NCBI GenBank assembly: GCA_964016885.1
Contig: OZ024741.1
Location: forward strand, 115,754,001 to 115,818,000
DNA: 64,000 bases
From: Eledone cirrhosa
Taxonomy: Eukaryota
Direction: 5' to 3'
The notes under the pieces were generated by a model. The model made no database searches. It was given only the letters and a program-made list of their open reading frames with translations, and was not told the origin of the DNA. The stretch's first letter is position 1. The number at the start of each line of letters is the position of its first letter. Made by a program: the position numbers and the translations under genes. Below are positions 1 to 15,400 of the stretch, one piece after another.

Positions 1-339
1 TCTGATAGAAAGATGTTCTTGAGGTGGGGATAACATTTGTCATAGAATATAGATATTACCCTGATTGAAAGATGTTCTGCAGGTGGGGTTACATTTGTCA
101 TAGAATATAGATATAACTCAGACTAAAAGATTATCTTGAGGTAGGGGTTACATTTGTTATAGAATATAGATATAACCCTGATTGAAAGATGTTCTTGAGG
201 TGGGGGTTACATTTGTCATAGAATATAGAAATAACTCTGATTGAAAGATGTTCTTGAGGTTGGGGTTACATTTGTCATAGAATATAGATATAACTCTGAT
301 TGAAAGATGTTCTTGAGGTGGGGGTTACATTTGTCATAG

Positions 340-1890
340 AATATAGATATAACTCTGATTGAAAGATGTTCTTGAGGTGGGGGTTACAATTGTCATAGAA
401 TATAGATATAACTCTGATTGAAAGATGTTCTTGAGATGGGGGTTACTTTTGTCATAGAATATAGATATAACTCTGATTGAAAGATGTTCTTGAGGTGGGG
501 GTTACATTTGTCATAGAATATAGATATAACTCTGATTGAAAGATGTTCTTGAGGTGGGGGTTACAATTGTCATAGAATATAGATATAACTCTGATTGAAA
601 GATGTTCTTGAGGTAGGGGTTACATTTGTCATAGAATATAGATATAACTCTGATAGAAAGATGTTCTTGGGGTAGGGGTTACATTTGTCATAGAATATAC
701 ATATAATTCTGACTGAAAGATGTTCTTGAGGTGGGGGTTACATTTGTCATAGAATATAGATATAACTCTGAGTGAAAGATGTTCTTGAGGTGGGGGTTAC
801 ATTTGTCATAGAATATAGATATAACTCTGATAGAAAGATGTTCTTGGAGTAGGGGTTACATTTGTCATAGAATATACATATAATTCTGACTGAAAGATGT
901 TCTTGAGGTGGGGGTTACATTTGTCATAGAAAATAGATATAACTCTGACTGAAAGATGTTCTTGAGGTGGGGGTTACATTTGTCATAGAATATAGATATA
1001 ACTCTGACTGAAAGATGTTCTTGAGGTGGGGGTTACATTTGTCATAGAATATAGATATAACTCTGATAGAAAGTTGTTCTTGGGGTAGGGGTTACATTTG
1101 TCATAGAATATAGATATAACTCTGATTGAAAGATGTTCTTGAGGTGGGGGTTACAATTGTCATAGAATATAGATATAACTCTGATTGAAAGATGTTCTTG
1201 AGATGGGGGTTACTTTTGTCATAGAATATAGATATAACTCTGATTGAAAGATGTTCTTGAGGTGGGGGTTACATTTGTCATAGAATATAGATATAACTCT
1301 GATTGAAAGATGTTCTTGAGGTGGGGGTTACAATTGTCATAGAATATAGAAATAACTCTGATTGAAAGATGTTCTTGAGGTAGGGGTTACATTTGTCATA
1401 GAATATAGATATAACTCTGATAGAAAGATGTTCTTGGGGTAGGGGTTACATTTGTCATAGAATATACATATAATTCTGACTGAAAGATGTTCTTGAGGTG
1501 GGGGTTACATTTGTCATAGAATATAGATATAACTCTGAGTGAAAGATGTTCTTGAGGTGGGGGTTACATTTGTCATAGAATATAGATATAACTCTGATAG
1601 AAAGATGTTCTTGGAGTAGGGGTTACATTTGTCATAGAATATACATATAATTCTGACTGAAAGATGTTCTTGAGGTGGGGGTTACATTTGTCATAGAAAA
1701 TAGATATAACTCTGACTGAAAGATGTTCTTGAGGTGGGGGTTACATTTGTCATAGAATATAGATATAACTCTGACTGAAAGATGTTCTTGAGGTGGGGGT
1801 TACATTTGTCATAGAATATAGATATAACTCTGATAGAAAGTTGTTCTTGGGGTAGGGGTTACATTTGTCATAGAATATAGATATAACTCT
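340..1890. repeat. Tandem block duplication, 13 monomers (767 bp) x2
   Basis: The marker GAGATGGGGGTTACTTTT is at 433 and 1200 (difference 767 = 13x59), followed by the same order of variants (GGAGTA, GAAAATAG, AAAGTTG). Confidence 0.8.
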
Positions 1891-4419
1891 GATTGAAAGA
1901 TGTTCTTGAGGTGGGGGTTACATTTGTCATAGAATATATATATAACTCTGATAGAAAGATGTTCTTGAGGCGGGGGTTACATTTGTCATAGAATATAGAT
2001 ATTACCCTGATTGAAAGATGTTCTGCAGGTGGAGTTACAATTGTCATAGAATATAGATATAACTCAGACTAAAAGATTATCTTGAGGTAGGGGTTACATT
2101 TGTTATAGAATATAGATATAACCCTGATTGAAAGATGTTCTTGAGGTGGGGGTTACATTTGTCATAGAATATAGAAATAACTCTGATTGAAAGATGTTCT
2201 TGAGGTGGGGTGTTACATTTGTCATAGAATATAGATATAACTCTGATTGAAAGATGTTCTTGAGGTGGGGGTTACAATTGTCATAGAATATAGATATAAC
2301 TCTGATTGAAAGATGTTCTTGAGATGGGGGTTACTTTTGTCATAGAATATAGATATAACTCTGATTGAAAGATGTTCTTGAGGTGGGGGTTACATTTGTC
2401 ATAGAATATAGATATAACTCTGATTGAAAGATGTTCTTGAGTTGGGGGTTACAATTGTCATAGAATATAGACATAACTCTGATTGAAAGATGTTCTTGAG
2501 GTAGGGGTTACATTTGTCATAGAATATAGATATAACTCTGATAGAAAGATGTTCTTGGGGTAGGGGTTACATTTGTCATAGAATATACATATAATTCTGA
2601 CTGAAAGATGTTCTTGAGGTGGGGGTTACATTTGTCATAGAATATAGATATAACTCTGAGTGAAAGATGTTCTTGAGGTGGGGGTTACATTTGTCATAGA
2701 ATATAGATATAACTCTGATAGAAAGATGTTCTTGGAGTAGTGGTTACATTTGTCATAGAATATACATATAATTCTGACTGAAAGATGTTCTTGAGGTGGG
2801 GGTTACATTTGTCATAGAAAATAGATATAACTCTGACTGAAAGATGTTCTTGAGGTGGGGTTACATTTGTCATAGAATATAGACATAACTCTGATTGAAA
2901 GATGTTCTTGAGGTGGGGGTTACATTTGTCATAGAATATAGATATAACTCTGATTGAAAGATGTTCTTGAGATGGGGGTTACTTTTGTCATAGAATATAT
3001 ATATAACTCTGATAGAAAGATGTTCTTGAGGTGGGGGTTACATTTGTCATAGAATATAGATATTACCCTGATTGAAAGATGTTCTGCAGGTGGGGTTACA
3101 TTTGTCATAGAATATAGATATAACTCAGACTAAAAGATTATCTTGAGGTAGGGGTTACATTTGTTATAGAATATAGATATAACCCTGATTGAAAGATGTT
3201 CTTGAGGTGGGGGTTACATTTGTCATAGAATATAGAAATAACTCTGATTGAAAGATGTTCTTGAGGTTGGGGTTACATTTGTCATAGAATATAGATATAA
3301 CTCTGATTGAAAGATGTTCTTGAGGTGGGGGTTACATTTGTCATAGAATATAGATATAACTCTGATTGAAAGATGTTCTTGAGGTGGGGGTTACAATTGT
3401 CATAGAATATAGATATAACTCTGATTGAAAGATGTTCTTGAGATGGGGGTTACTTTTGTCATAGAATATAGATATAACTCTGATTGAAAGATGTTCTTGA
3501 GGTGGGGGTTACATTTGTCATAGAATATAGATATAACTCTGATTGAAAGATGTTCTTGAGGTGGGGGTTACAATTGTCATAGAATATAGATATAACTCTG
3601 ATTGAAAGATGTTCTTGAGGTAGGGGTTACATTTGTCATAGAATATAGATATAACTCTGATAGAAAGATGTTCTTGGGGTAGGGGTTACATTTGTCATAG
3701 AATATACATATAATTCTGACTGAAAGATGTTCTTGAGGTGGGGGTTACATTTGTCATAGAATATAGATATAACTCTGACTGAAAGATGTTCTTGAGGTGG
3801 GGGTTACATTTGTCATAGAATATAGATATAACTCTGAAAGAAAGATGTTCTTGGAGTAGGGGTTACATTTGTCATAGAATATACATATTATTCTGACTGA
3901 AAGATGTTCTTGAGGTGGGGGTTACATTTGTCATAGAATATAGATATAACTCTGACTGAAAGATGTTCTTGAGGTGGGGGTTACATTTGTCATAGAATAT
4001 AGATATAACTCTGATAGAAAGTTGTTCTTGGGGTAGGGGTTACATTTGTCATAGAATATAGATATAACTCTGATTGAAAGATGTTCTTGAGGTGGGGGTT
4101 ACATTTGTCATAGAATATATATATAACTCTCATAGAAAGATGTTCTTGAGGTGGGGGTTACATTTGTCATAGAATATAGATATTACCCTGATTGAAAGAT
4201 GTTCTGCAGGTGGGGTTACATTTGTCATAGAATATAGATATAACTCAGACTAAAAGATTATCTTGAGGTAGGGGTTACATTTGTTATAGAATATAGATAT
4301 AACCCTGATTGAAAGATGTTCTTGAGGTGGGGGTTACATTTGTCATAGCATATAGAAATAACTCTGATTGAAAGATGTTCTTGAGGTTGGGGTTACATTT
4401 GTCATAGAATATAGATATA

Positions 4420-6540
4420 ACTCTGATTGAAAGATGTTCTTGAGGTGGGGGGTTACATTTGTCATAGAATATAGATATAACTCTGATTGAAAGATCTTCT
4501 TGAGGTGGGGGTTACAATTGTCATAGAATATAGATATAACTCTGATTGAAAGATGTTCTTGAGATGGGGGTTACTTTTGTCATAGAATATAGATATAACT
4601 CTGATTGAAAGATGTTCTTGAGGTGGGGGTTACATTTGTCATAGAATATAGATATAACTCTGATTGAAAGATGTTCTTGAGTTGGGGGTTACAATTGTCA
4701 TAGAATATAGACATAACTCTGATTGAAAGATGTTCTTGAGGTAGGGGTTACATTTGTCATAGAATATAGATATAACTCTGATAGAAAGATGTTCTTGGGG
4801 TAGGGGTTACATTTGTCATAGAATATACATATAATTCTGACTGAAAGATGTTCTTGAGGTGGGGGTTACATTTGTCATAGAATATAGATATAACTCTGAG
4901 TGAAAGATGTTCTTGAGGTGGGGGTTACATTTGTCATAGAATATAGATATAACTCTGATAGAAAGATGTTCTTGGAGTAGTGGTTACATTTGTCATAGAA
5001 TATACATATAATTCTGACTGAAAGATGTTCTTGAGGTGGGGGTTACATTTGTCATAGAAAATAGATATAACTCTGACTGAAAGATGTTCTTGAGGTGGGG
5101 GTTACATTTGTCATAGAATATAGATATAACTCTGACTGAAAGATGTTCTTGAGGTGGGGGTTACATTTGTCATAGAATATAGATATAACTCTGATAGAAA
5201 GTTGTTCTTGGGGTAGGGGTTACATTTGTCATAGAATATACATATAATTCTGACTGAAAAATATTCTTGAGGTGGGGGTTACATTTGTCATAGAATATAG
5301 ATATAACTCTGATAGAAAGTTGTTCTTGGGGTAGGGGTTACATTTGTCATAGAATATACATATAATTCTGACTGAAAGATGTTCTTGAGGTGGGGGTTAC
5401 ATTTGTCATAGAATATAGATATAACTCTGAGTGAAAGATGTTCTTGAGGTGGGGGTTACATTTGTCATAGAATATAGATATAACTCTGATTGAAAGATGT
5501 TCTTGAGGTGGGGGGTTACATTTGTCATAGAATATAGATATAACTCTGATTGAAAGATCTTCTTGGGGTGGGGGTTACAATTGTCATAGAATATAGATAT
5601 AACTCTGATTGAAAGATGTTCTTGAGATGGGGGTTACTTTTGTCATAGAATATAGATATAACTCTGATTGAAAGATGTTCTTGAGGTGGGGGTTACATTT
5701 GTCATAGAATATAGATATAACTCTGATTGAAAGATGTTCTTGAGTTGGGGGTTACAATTGTCATAGAATATAGACATAACTCTGATTGAAAGATGTTCTT
5801 GAGGTAGGGGTTACATTTGTCATAGAATATAGATATAAATCTGATAGAAAGATGTTCTTGGGGTAGGGGTTACATTTGTCATAGAATATACATATAATTC
5901 TGACTGAAAGATGTTCTTGAGGTGGGGGTTACATTTGTCATAGAATATAGATATAACTCTGAGTGAAAGATGTTCTTGAGGTGGGGGTTACATTTGTCAT
6001 AGAATATAGATATAACTCTGATAGAAAGATGTTCTTGGAGTAGTGGTTACATTTGTCATAGAATATACATATAATTCTGACTGAAAGATGTTCTTGAGGT
6101 GGGGGTTACATTTGTCATAGAAAATAGATATAACTCTGACTGAAAGATGTTCTTGAGGTGGGGGTTACATTTGTCATAGAATATAGATATAACTCTGACT
6201 GAAAGATGTTCTTGAGGTGGGGGTTACATTTGTCATAGAATATAGATATAACTCTGATAGAAAGTTGTTCTTGGGGTAGGGGTTACATTTGTCATAGAAT
6301 ATACATATAATTCTGACTGAAAAATATTCTTGAGGTGGGGGTTACATTTGTCATAGAATATAGATATAACTCTGATAGAAAGTTGTTCTTGGGGTAGGGG
6401 TTACATTTGTCATAGAATATACATATAATTCTGACTGAAAGATGTTCTTGAGGTGGGGGTTACATTTGTCATAGAATATAGATATAACTCTGAGTGAAAG
6501 ATGTTCTTGAGGTGGGGGTTACATTTGTCATAGAATATAG
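4420..6540. repeat. Tandem block duplication, 18 monomers (1,063 bp) x2
   Basis: The rare AAGATCTT variant is at 4491 and 5554 (difference 1063 = 18x59+1). Each is preceded by a 6-G monomer and followed by GGAGTAGTGG and GAAAAATATT variants. Confidence 0.8.
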
Positions 6541-9500
6541 ATATAACTCTGATAGAAAGATGTACTTGAGGTGGGGGTTACATTTGTCATAGAATATAGA
6601 TATAACTCTGTTTGAAAGATGTTCTTGAGGTGGGGGTTACATTTGTCATAGAATAAGATATAACTCCGATAGAAAGATGTTCTTGGGGTAGGGGTTACAT
6701 TTGTCATAGAATATACATATAATTCTGACTGAAAGATGTTCTTGAGGTGGGGGTTACATTTGTCATTGAATATAGATATAACTCTGACTGAAAGATGTTC
6801 TTGAGGTGGGGGTTACATTTGTCATAGAATATAGTTATAACTCTGTCTGAAAGATGTTCTTGAGGTGGGGGTTAAATTTGTCATAGAATATAGATATAAC
6901 TCTGATAGAAAGATGTTCTTGGGGTAGGGGTTACATTTGTCATAGAATATATATATAACTCTGTTTGAAAGATGTTCTTGAGGTGGGGGTTACATTTGTC
7001 ATAGAATATAGATATAACTCTGACTGATAGATATTAATGAGGTAGGGGTTACAATTGTCATAGAATATAGATATAACTCTGATCGAAAGATATACTTGAT
7101 GTGGGGGTTACATTTGTCATAGAATATAGATATAACTCAGATTGAAAGATGTTCTTGAGGTGGGGGTTACATTTGTCATAGAATATAGGTATAACTCTGA
7201 TTGAAAGATGTTCTTGAGGTGGGGGTTACAATTGTCATAGAATATAGATATAACTCTGATTGAAAGATGTTCTTGAGGTAGGGGTTACATTTGTCATAGA
7301 ATATAGATATAACTCTGATAGAAAGATGTTCTTGGGGTAGGGGTTACATTTGTCATAGAATATACATATAATTCTGACTGAAAGATGTTCTTGAGGTGGG
7401 GGTTACATTTGTCATAGAATATAGATATAACTCTGAGTGAAAGATGTTCTTGAGGTGGGGGTTACATTTGTCATAGAATATAGATATAACTCTGATAGAA
7501 AGATGTTCTTGGAGTAGGGGTTACATTTGTCATAGAATATACATATAATTCTGACTGAAAGATGTTCTTGAGGTGGGGGTTACATTTGTCATAGAAAATA
7601 GATATAACTCTGACTGAAAGATGTTCTTGAGGTGGGGGTTACATTTGTCATAGAATATAGATATAACTCTGACTGAAAGATGTTCTTGAGGTGGGGGTTA
7701 CATTTGTCATAGAATATAGATATAACTCTGATAGAAAGTTGTTCTTGGGGTAGGGGTTACATTTGTCATAGAATATAGATATAACTCTGATTGAAAGATG
7801 TTCTTGAGGTGGGGGTTACATTTGTCATAGAATATATATATAACTCTGATAGAAAGATGTTCTTGAGGTGGGGGTTACATTTGTCATAGAATATAGATAT
7901 TACCCTGATTGAAAGATGTTCTGCAGGTGGGGTTACATTTGTCATAGAATATAGATATAACTCAGACTAAAAGATTATCTTGAGGTAGGGGTTACATTTG
8001 TTATAGAATATAGATATAACCCTGATTGAAAGATGTTCTTGAGGTGGGGGTTACATTTGTCATAGAATATAGAAATAACTCTGATTGAAAGATGTTCTTG
8101 AGGTTGGGGTTACATTTGTCATAGAATATAGATATAACTCTGATTGAAAGATGTTCTTGAGGTAGGGGGTTACATTTGTCATAGAATATAGATATAACTC
8201 TGATTGAAAGATGTTCTTGAGGTGGGGGTTACAATTGTCATAGAATATAGATATACCTCTGATTGAAAGATGTTCTTGAGATGGGGGTTACTTTTGTCAT
8301 AGAATATAGATATAACTCTGATTGAAAGATGTTCTTGAGGTGGGGGTTACATTTGTCATAGAATATAGATATAACTCTGATTGAAAGATGTTCTTGAGTT
8401 GGGGGTTACAATTGTCATAGAATATAGACATAACTCTGATTGAAAGATGTTCTTGAGGTAGGGGTTACATTTGTCATAGAATATAGATATAACTCTGATA
8501 GAAAGATGTTCTTGGGGTAGGGGTTACATTTGTCATAGAATATACATATAATTCTGACTGAAAGATGTTCTTGAGGTGGGGGTTACATTTGTCATAGAAT
8601 ATAGATATAACTCTGAGTGAAAGATGTTCTTGAGGTGGGGGTTACATTTGTCATAGAATATAGATATAACTCTGATAGAAAGATGTTCTTGGAGTAGTGG
8701 TTACATTTGTCATAGAATATACATATAATTCTGACTGAAAGATGTTCTTGAGGTGGGGGTTACATTTGTCATAGAAAATAGATATAACTCTAACTGAAAG
8801 ATGTTCTTGAGGTGGGTGTTACATTTGTCATAGAATATAGATATAACTCTGACTGAAAGATGTTCTTGAGGTGGGGGTTACATTTGTCATAGTATATAGA
8901 TATAACTCTGATAGAAAGTTGTTCTTGGGGTAGGGGTTACATTTGTCATAGAATATACATATAATTCTGACTGAAAAATATTCTTGAGGTGGGGGTTACA
9001 TTTGTCATAGAATATAGATATAACTCTGATAGAAAGTTGTTCTTGGGGTAGGGGTTACATTTGTCATAGAATATACATATAATTCTGACTGAAAGATGTT
9101 CTTGAGGTGGGGGTTACATTTGTCATAGAATATAGATATAACTCTGAGTGAAAGATGTTCTTGAGGTGGGGGTTACATTTGTCATAGAATATAGATATAA
9201 CTCTGATAGAAAGATGTACTTGAGGTGGGGGTTACATTTGTCATAGAATATAGGTATAACTCTGTTTGAAAGATGTTCTTGAGGTGGGGGTTACATTTGT
9301 CATAGAATATAGATATAACTCCGATAGAAAGATGTTCTTGGGGTAGGGGTTACATTTGTCATAGAATATACATATAATTCTGACTGAAAGATGTTCTTGA
9401 GGTGGGGGTTACATTTGTCATAGAATATAGATATAACTCTGACTGAAAGATGTTCTTGAGGTGGGGGTTACATTTGTCATAGAATATAGTTATAACTCTG

Positions 9501-11170
9501 TCTGAAAGATGTTCTTGAGGTGGGGGTTAAATTTGTCATAGAATATAGATATAACTCTGATAGAAAGATGTTCTTGGGGTAGGGGTTACATTTGTCATAG
9601 AATATATATATAACTCTGTTTGAAAGATGTTCTTGAGGTGGGGGTTACATTTGTCATAGAATATAGATATAACTCTGACTGATAGATATTAATGAGGTAG
9701 GGGTTACAATTGTCATAGAATATAGATATAACTCTGATCGAAAGATATACTTGATGTGGGGGTTACATTTGTCATAGAATATAGATATAACTCAGATTGA
9801 AAGATGTTCTTGAGGTGGGGGTTACATTTGTCATAGAATATAGATATAACTCTGATTGAAAGATGTTCTTGAGGTGGGGGTTACAATTGTCATAGAATAT
9901 AGATATAACTCTGATTGAAAGATGTTCTTGAGGTAGGGGTTACATTTGTCATAGAATATAGATATAACTCTGATAGAAAGATGTTCTTGGGGTAGGGGTT
10001 ACATTTGTCATAGAATATACATATAATTCTGACTGAAAGATGTTCTTGAGGTGGGGGTTACATTTGTCATAGAATATAGATATAACTCTGAGTGAAAGAT
10101 GTTCTTGAGGTGGGGGTTACATTTGTCATAGAATATAGATATAACTCTGATAGAAAGATGTTCTTGGAGTAGGGGTTACATTTGTCATAGAATATACATA
10201 TAATTCTGACTGAAAGATGTTCTTGAGGTGGGGGTTACATTTGTCATAGAAAATAGATATAACTCTGACTGAAAGATGTTCTTGAGGTGGGGGTTACATT
10301 TGTCATAGAATATAGATATAACTCTGACTGAAAGATGTTCTTGAGGTGGGGGTTACATTTGTCATAGAATATAGATATAACTCTGATAGAAAGTTGTTCT
10401 TGGGGTAGGGGTTACATTTGTCATAGAATATAGATATAACTCTGATTGAAAGATGTTCTTGAGGTGGGGGTTACATTTGTCATAGAATATATATATAACT
10501 CTGATAGAAAGATGTTCTTGAGGTGGGGGTTACATTTGTCATAGAATATAGATATTACCCTGATTGAAAGATGTTCTGCAGGTGGGGTTACATTTGTCAT
10601 AGAATATAGATATAACTCAGACTAAAAGATTATCTTGAGGTAGGGGTTACATTTGTTATAGAATATAGATATAACCCTGATTGAAAGATGTTCTTGAGGT
10701 GGGGGTTACATTTGTCATAGAATATAGAAATAACTCTGATTGAAAGATGTTCTTGAGGTTGGGGTTACATTTGTCATAGAATATAGATATAACTCTGATT
10801 GAAAGATGTTCTTGTGGTAGGGGGTTACATTTGTCATAGAATATAGATATAACTCTGATTGAAAGATGTTCTTGAGGTGGGGGTTACAATTGTCATAGAA
10901 TATAGATATACCTCTGATTGAAAGATGTTCTTGAGATGGGGGTTACTTTTGTCATAGAATATAGATATAACTCTGATTGAAAGATGTTCTTGAGGTGGGG
11001 GTTACATTTGTCATAGAATATAGATATAACTCTGATTGAAAGATGTTCTTGAGTTGGGGGTTACAATTGTCATAGAATATAGACATAACTCTGATTGAAA
11101 GATGTTCTTGAGGTAGGGGTTACATTTGTCATAGAATATAGATATAACTCTGATAGAAAGATGTTCTTGG
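5860..11170. repeat. Tandem block duplication, 45 monomers (2,655 bp) x2, with several private differences
   Basis: TGACTGATAGATATTAATG is at 7021 and 9676, and ATTACCCTG at 7899 and 10554 (both differences 2655 = 45x59). The copies share the GTAGGGGG and ATATACCTCT variants. Confidence 0.8.
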
Positions 11171-12479
11171 AGTAGGGGTTACATTTGTCATAGAATATAG
11201 ATATAACTCTGTTTGAAAGATGTTCTTGAGGTGGGGGTTACATTTGTCATAGAATATAGATATAACTCTGATAGAAAGATGTTCTTGGGGTAGGGGTTAC
11301 ATTTGTCATAGAATATACATATAATTCTGACTGAAAGATGTTCTTGAGGTGGGGGTTACATTTGTCATAGAATATAGATATAACTCTGACGGAAAGATGT
11401 TCTTGAGGTGGGGGTTACATTTGTCATAGAATATAGTTATAACTCTGTCTGAAAGATGTTCTGGAGGTGGGGGTTAAATTTGTCATAGAATATAGATATA
11501 ACTCTGATAGAAAGATGTTCTTGGGGTAGGGGTTACATTTGTCATAGAATATATATATAACTCTGTTTGAAAGATGTTCTTGAGGTGGGGGTTACATTTG
11601 TCATAGAATATAGATATAACTCTGACTGAAAGATATTAAAGAGGTAGGGGTTACAATTGTCATAGAATATAGATATAACTCTGATCGAAAGATATACTTG
11701 ATGTGGGGGTTACATTTGTCATAGAATATAGATATAACTCAGATTGAAAGATGTTCTTGAGGTGAGGGTTACATTTGTCATAGAATATAGATAAAACTCT
11801 CATTGAAAGATGTTCTTGAGTTGGGGTTACATTTGTCATAGGATATATATATAACCCTGATGGAAAGATGTTCTTGAGGTGGGGGTTACATTTGTCATAG
11901 AATATAGATATAACTCTGATTGAAAGATTTTGTTGAGGTAGGGGTTACATTTGTCATAGAATATAGATATAACTCTGTTTGAAAGATGTTCTTGTGGTAG
12001 GGGTTACATTTGTCATAGAATATAGATATATCTCTGAATGAAAGATGTTCTCGAGGTAGGTGTTACATTTGTCATAGAATATAGACATAACCCTGATCGA
12101 AAGATGTTCTTGAGGTGCGGGTTACATTTGTCATAGAATATAGATATAACTCTGATTGAAAGATGTACTTGAAGTAGGGGTTACATTTGTCATAGCATAT
12201 AGATATAACTCTGATTGAAAGATGTTCTTGAGGTGGGGGTTACATTTGTCATAGAATATACATATAATTCTGACTGAAAAATGTTCTTGAGGTGGGGGTT
12301 ACATTTGTCATAGAATATAGTTATAACTCTGAGTGAAAGATGTTCTTGAGGTGGGGGTTACATTTGTCATAGAATATAGATATAACTCTGATAGAAAGAT
12401 GTTCTTGGGGTAGGGGTTACATTTGTCATAGAATATACATATAATTCTGACTGAAAGATGTTCTTGAGGTGGGGATTAC

Positions 12480-15400
12480 ATTTGTCATAGAATATAGATA
12501 TAACTCTGAGTGAAAGATGTTCTTGAGGTGGGGGTTACATTTGTCATAGAATATAGATACAACTCTGATAGAAACATGTTCTTGGGTTAGGGGTTACATT
12601 TGTCATAGAATATACATATAATTCTGACTGAAAGATGTTCTTGAGGTGGGGGTTACATTTGTCATAGAACATAGATATAACTCTGATAGAAAGATGTTCT
12701 TGGGGTAGGGGTTACATTTGTCATAGAATATAGATATAACTCTGATAGAAAGATGTTCTTGGGGTAGGGGTTACATTTGTCATAGAATATATATATAACT
12801 CTGTTTGAAAGATGTTCTTGAGGTGGGGGTTACATTTGTCATAGAATATAGATATAACTCTGACTGATCGATATTAATGAGGTAGGGGTTACAATTGTCA
12901 TAGAATATAGATATAACTCTGATCGAAAGATATACTTGATGTGGGGGTTACATTTGTCATAGAATATAGATATAACTCAGATTGAAAGATGTTCTTGAGG
13001 TGGGGGTTACATTTGTCATAGAATATAGATATAACTCTGATTGAAAGATGTTCTTGAGGTGGGGGTTACAATTGTCATAGAATATAGATATAACTCTGAT
13101 TGAAAGATGTTCTTGAGGTAGGGGTTACATTTGTCATAGAATATAGATATAACTCTGATAGAAAGATGTTCTTGGGGTAGGGGTTACATTTGTCATAGAA
13201 TATACATATAATTCTGACTGAAAGATGTTCTTGAGGTGGGGGTTACATTTGTCATAGAATATAGATATAACTCTGAGTGAAAGATGTTCTTGAGGTGGGG
13301 TTACATTTGTCATAGAATATAGATATAACTCTGATAGAAAGATGTTCTTGGAGTAGGGGTTACATTTGTCATAGAATATACATATAATTCTGACTGAAAG
13401 ATGTTCTTGAGGTGGGGGTTACATTTGTCATAGAAAATAGATATAACTCTGACTGAAAGATGTTCTTGAGGTGGGGGTTACATTTGTCATAGAATATAGA
13501 TATAACTCTGACTGAAAGATGTTCTTGAGGTGGGGGTTACATTTGTCATAGAATATAGATATAACTCTGATAGAAAGTTGTTCTTGGGGTAGGGGTTACA
13601 GTTGTCATAGAATATAGATATAACTCTGATTGAAAGATTTTGTTGAGATGGATGTTACATTTGTCATAGAATAGAGATATAACACTGATTGAAAGATTTT
13701 GTTGAGGTTGGGGTTACATTTGTCATAGAATATAGATATAACCCTGATTGAAAGATTTTGTTGAGGTGGGGGTTACATTTGTCATAGAATATAGATATAA
13801 CCCTGATTGAAAGATTTTGCTGAGGTGGGGGTTACATTTGTCATAGAATATAGATATAACTCTGATAGAAAGTTGTTCTTGGGGTAGGGGTTACATTTGT
13901 CATAGAATATACATATAATTCTGACTGAAAGATGTTCTTGAGGTGGGGGTTACATTTGTCGTAGAATATAGATATAACTCTGAGTGAAAGATGTTCTTGA
14001 GGTGGGGGTTACATTTGTCATAGAATATAGATATAACTCTGATAGAAAGATGTACTTGAGGTGGGGGTTACATTTGTCATAGAATATAGATATAACTCTG
14101 TTTGAAAGATGTTCTTGAGGTGGGGGTTACATTTGTCATAGAATATAGATATAACTCTGATAGAAAGATGTTCTTGGGGTAGGGGTTACATTTGTCATAG
14201 ACTATACATATAATCCTGACTGAAAGATGTTCTTGATGTGGGGGTTACATTTGTCATAGAATATAGATATAACTCTGACGGAAAGATGTTCTTGAGGTGG
14301 GGGTTACATTTGTCATAGAATATAGATATAACTCTGAGTGAAAGATGTTCTTGAGGTGGGGGTTACATTTGTCATAGAATATAGATACAACTCTGATAGA
14401 AACATGTTCTTGGGTTAGGGGTTACATTTGTCATAGAATATACATATAATTCTGACTGAAAGATGTTCTTGAGGTGGGGGTTACATTTGTCATAGAACAT
14501 AGATATAACTCTGATAGAAAGATGTTCTTGGGGTAGGGGTTACATTTGTCATAGAATATAGATATAACTCTGATAGAAAGATGTTCTTGGGGTAGGGGTT
14601 ACATTTGTCATAGAATATATATATAACTCTGTTTGAAAGATGTTCTTGAGGTGGGGGTTACATTTGTCATAGAATATAGATATAACTCTGACTGATCGAT
14701 ATTAATGAGGTAGAGGATACAATTGTCATAGAATATAGATATAACTCTGATCGAAAGATATACTTGATGTGGGGGTTACATTTGTCATAGAATATAGATA
14801 TAACTCAGATTGAAAGATGTTCTTGAGGTGGGGGTTACATTTGTCATAGAATATAGATATAACTCTGATTGAAAGATGTTCTTGAGGTGGGGGTTACAAT
14901 TGTCATAGAATATAGATATAACTCTGATTGAAAGATGTTCTTGAGGTAGGGGTTACATTTGTCATAGAATATAGATATAACTCTGATAGAAAGATGTTCT
15001 TGGGGTAGGGGTTACATTTGTCATAGAATATACATATAATTCTGACTGAAAGATGTTCTTGAGGTGGGGGTTACATTTGTCATAGAAAATAGATATAACT
15101 CTGACTGAAAGATGTTCTTGAGGTGGGGGTTACATTTGTCATAGAATATAGATATAACTCTGACTGAAAGATGTTCTTGAGGTGGGGGTTACATTTGTCA
15201 TAGAATATAGATATAACTCTGATAGAAAGTTGTTCTTGGGGTAGGGGTTACAGTTGTCATAGAATATAGATATAACTCTGATTGAAAGATTTTGTTGAGG
15301 TGGATGTTACATTTGTCATAGAATAGAGATATAACACTGATTGAAAGATTTTGTTGAGGTTGGGGTTACATTTGTCATAGAATATAGATATAACCCTGAT

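Noticed and set aside
341-353. TATA-like or promoter-like motif (ATATAGATATAA) in each monomer
   Set aside because: Such motifs are expected in AT-rich sequence, and there is no downstream gene or other supporting element.
324-365. CRISPR-like appearance: a 42-bp stretch beginning GTT and ending ATTGAAAG (a typical CRISPR repeat 3' end), with dyad symmetry, repeated regularly
   Set aside because: The intervening 17 bp are near-identical in every unit rather than unique spacers. The ATTGAAAG motif itself contains the most variable positions, and there is no leader or cas gene. CRISPR finders could give a false call here.
669-740. G-quadruplex potential on the G-rich strand
   Set aside because: There are at most two close G-runs per monomer and the next run is about 50 nt away, so the canonical four-tract motif is not met.
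12581-12596. Telomere-like words (GGGTTAGGGGTT, TTGGGGTAGGGG)
   Set aside because: These are isolated variants of the monomer G-tract and never form tandem telomeric hexamers.
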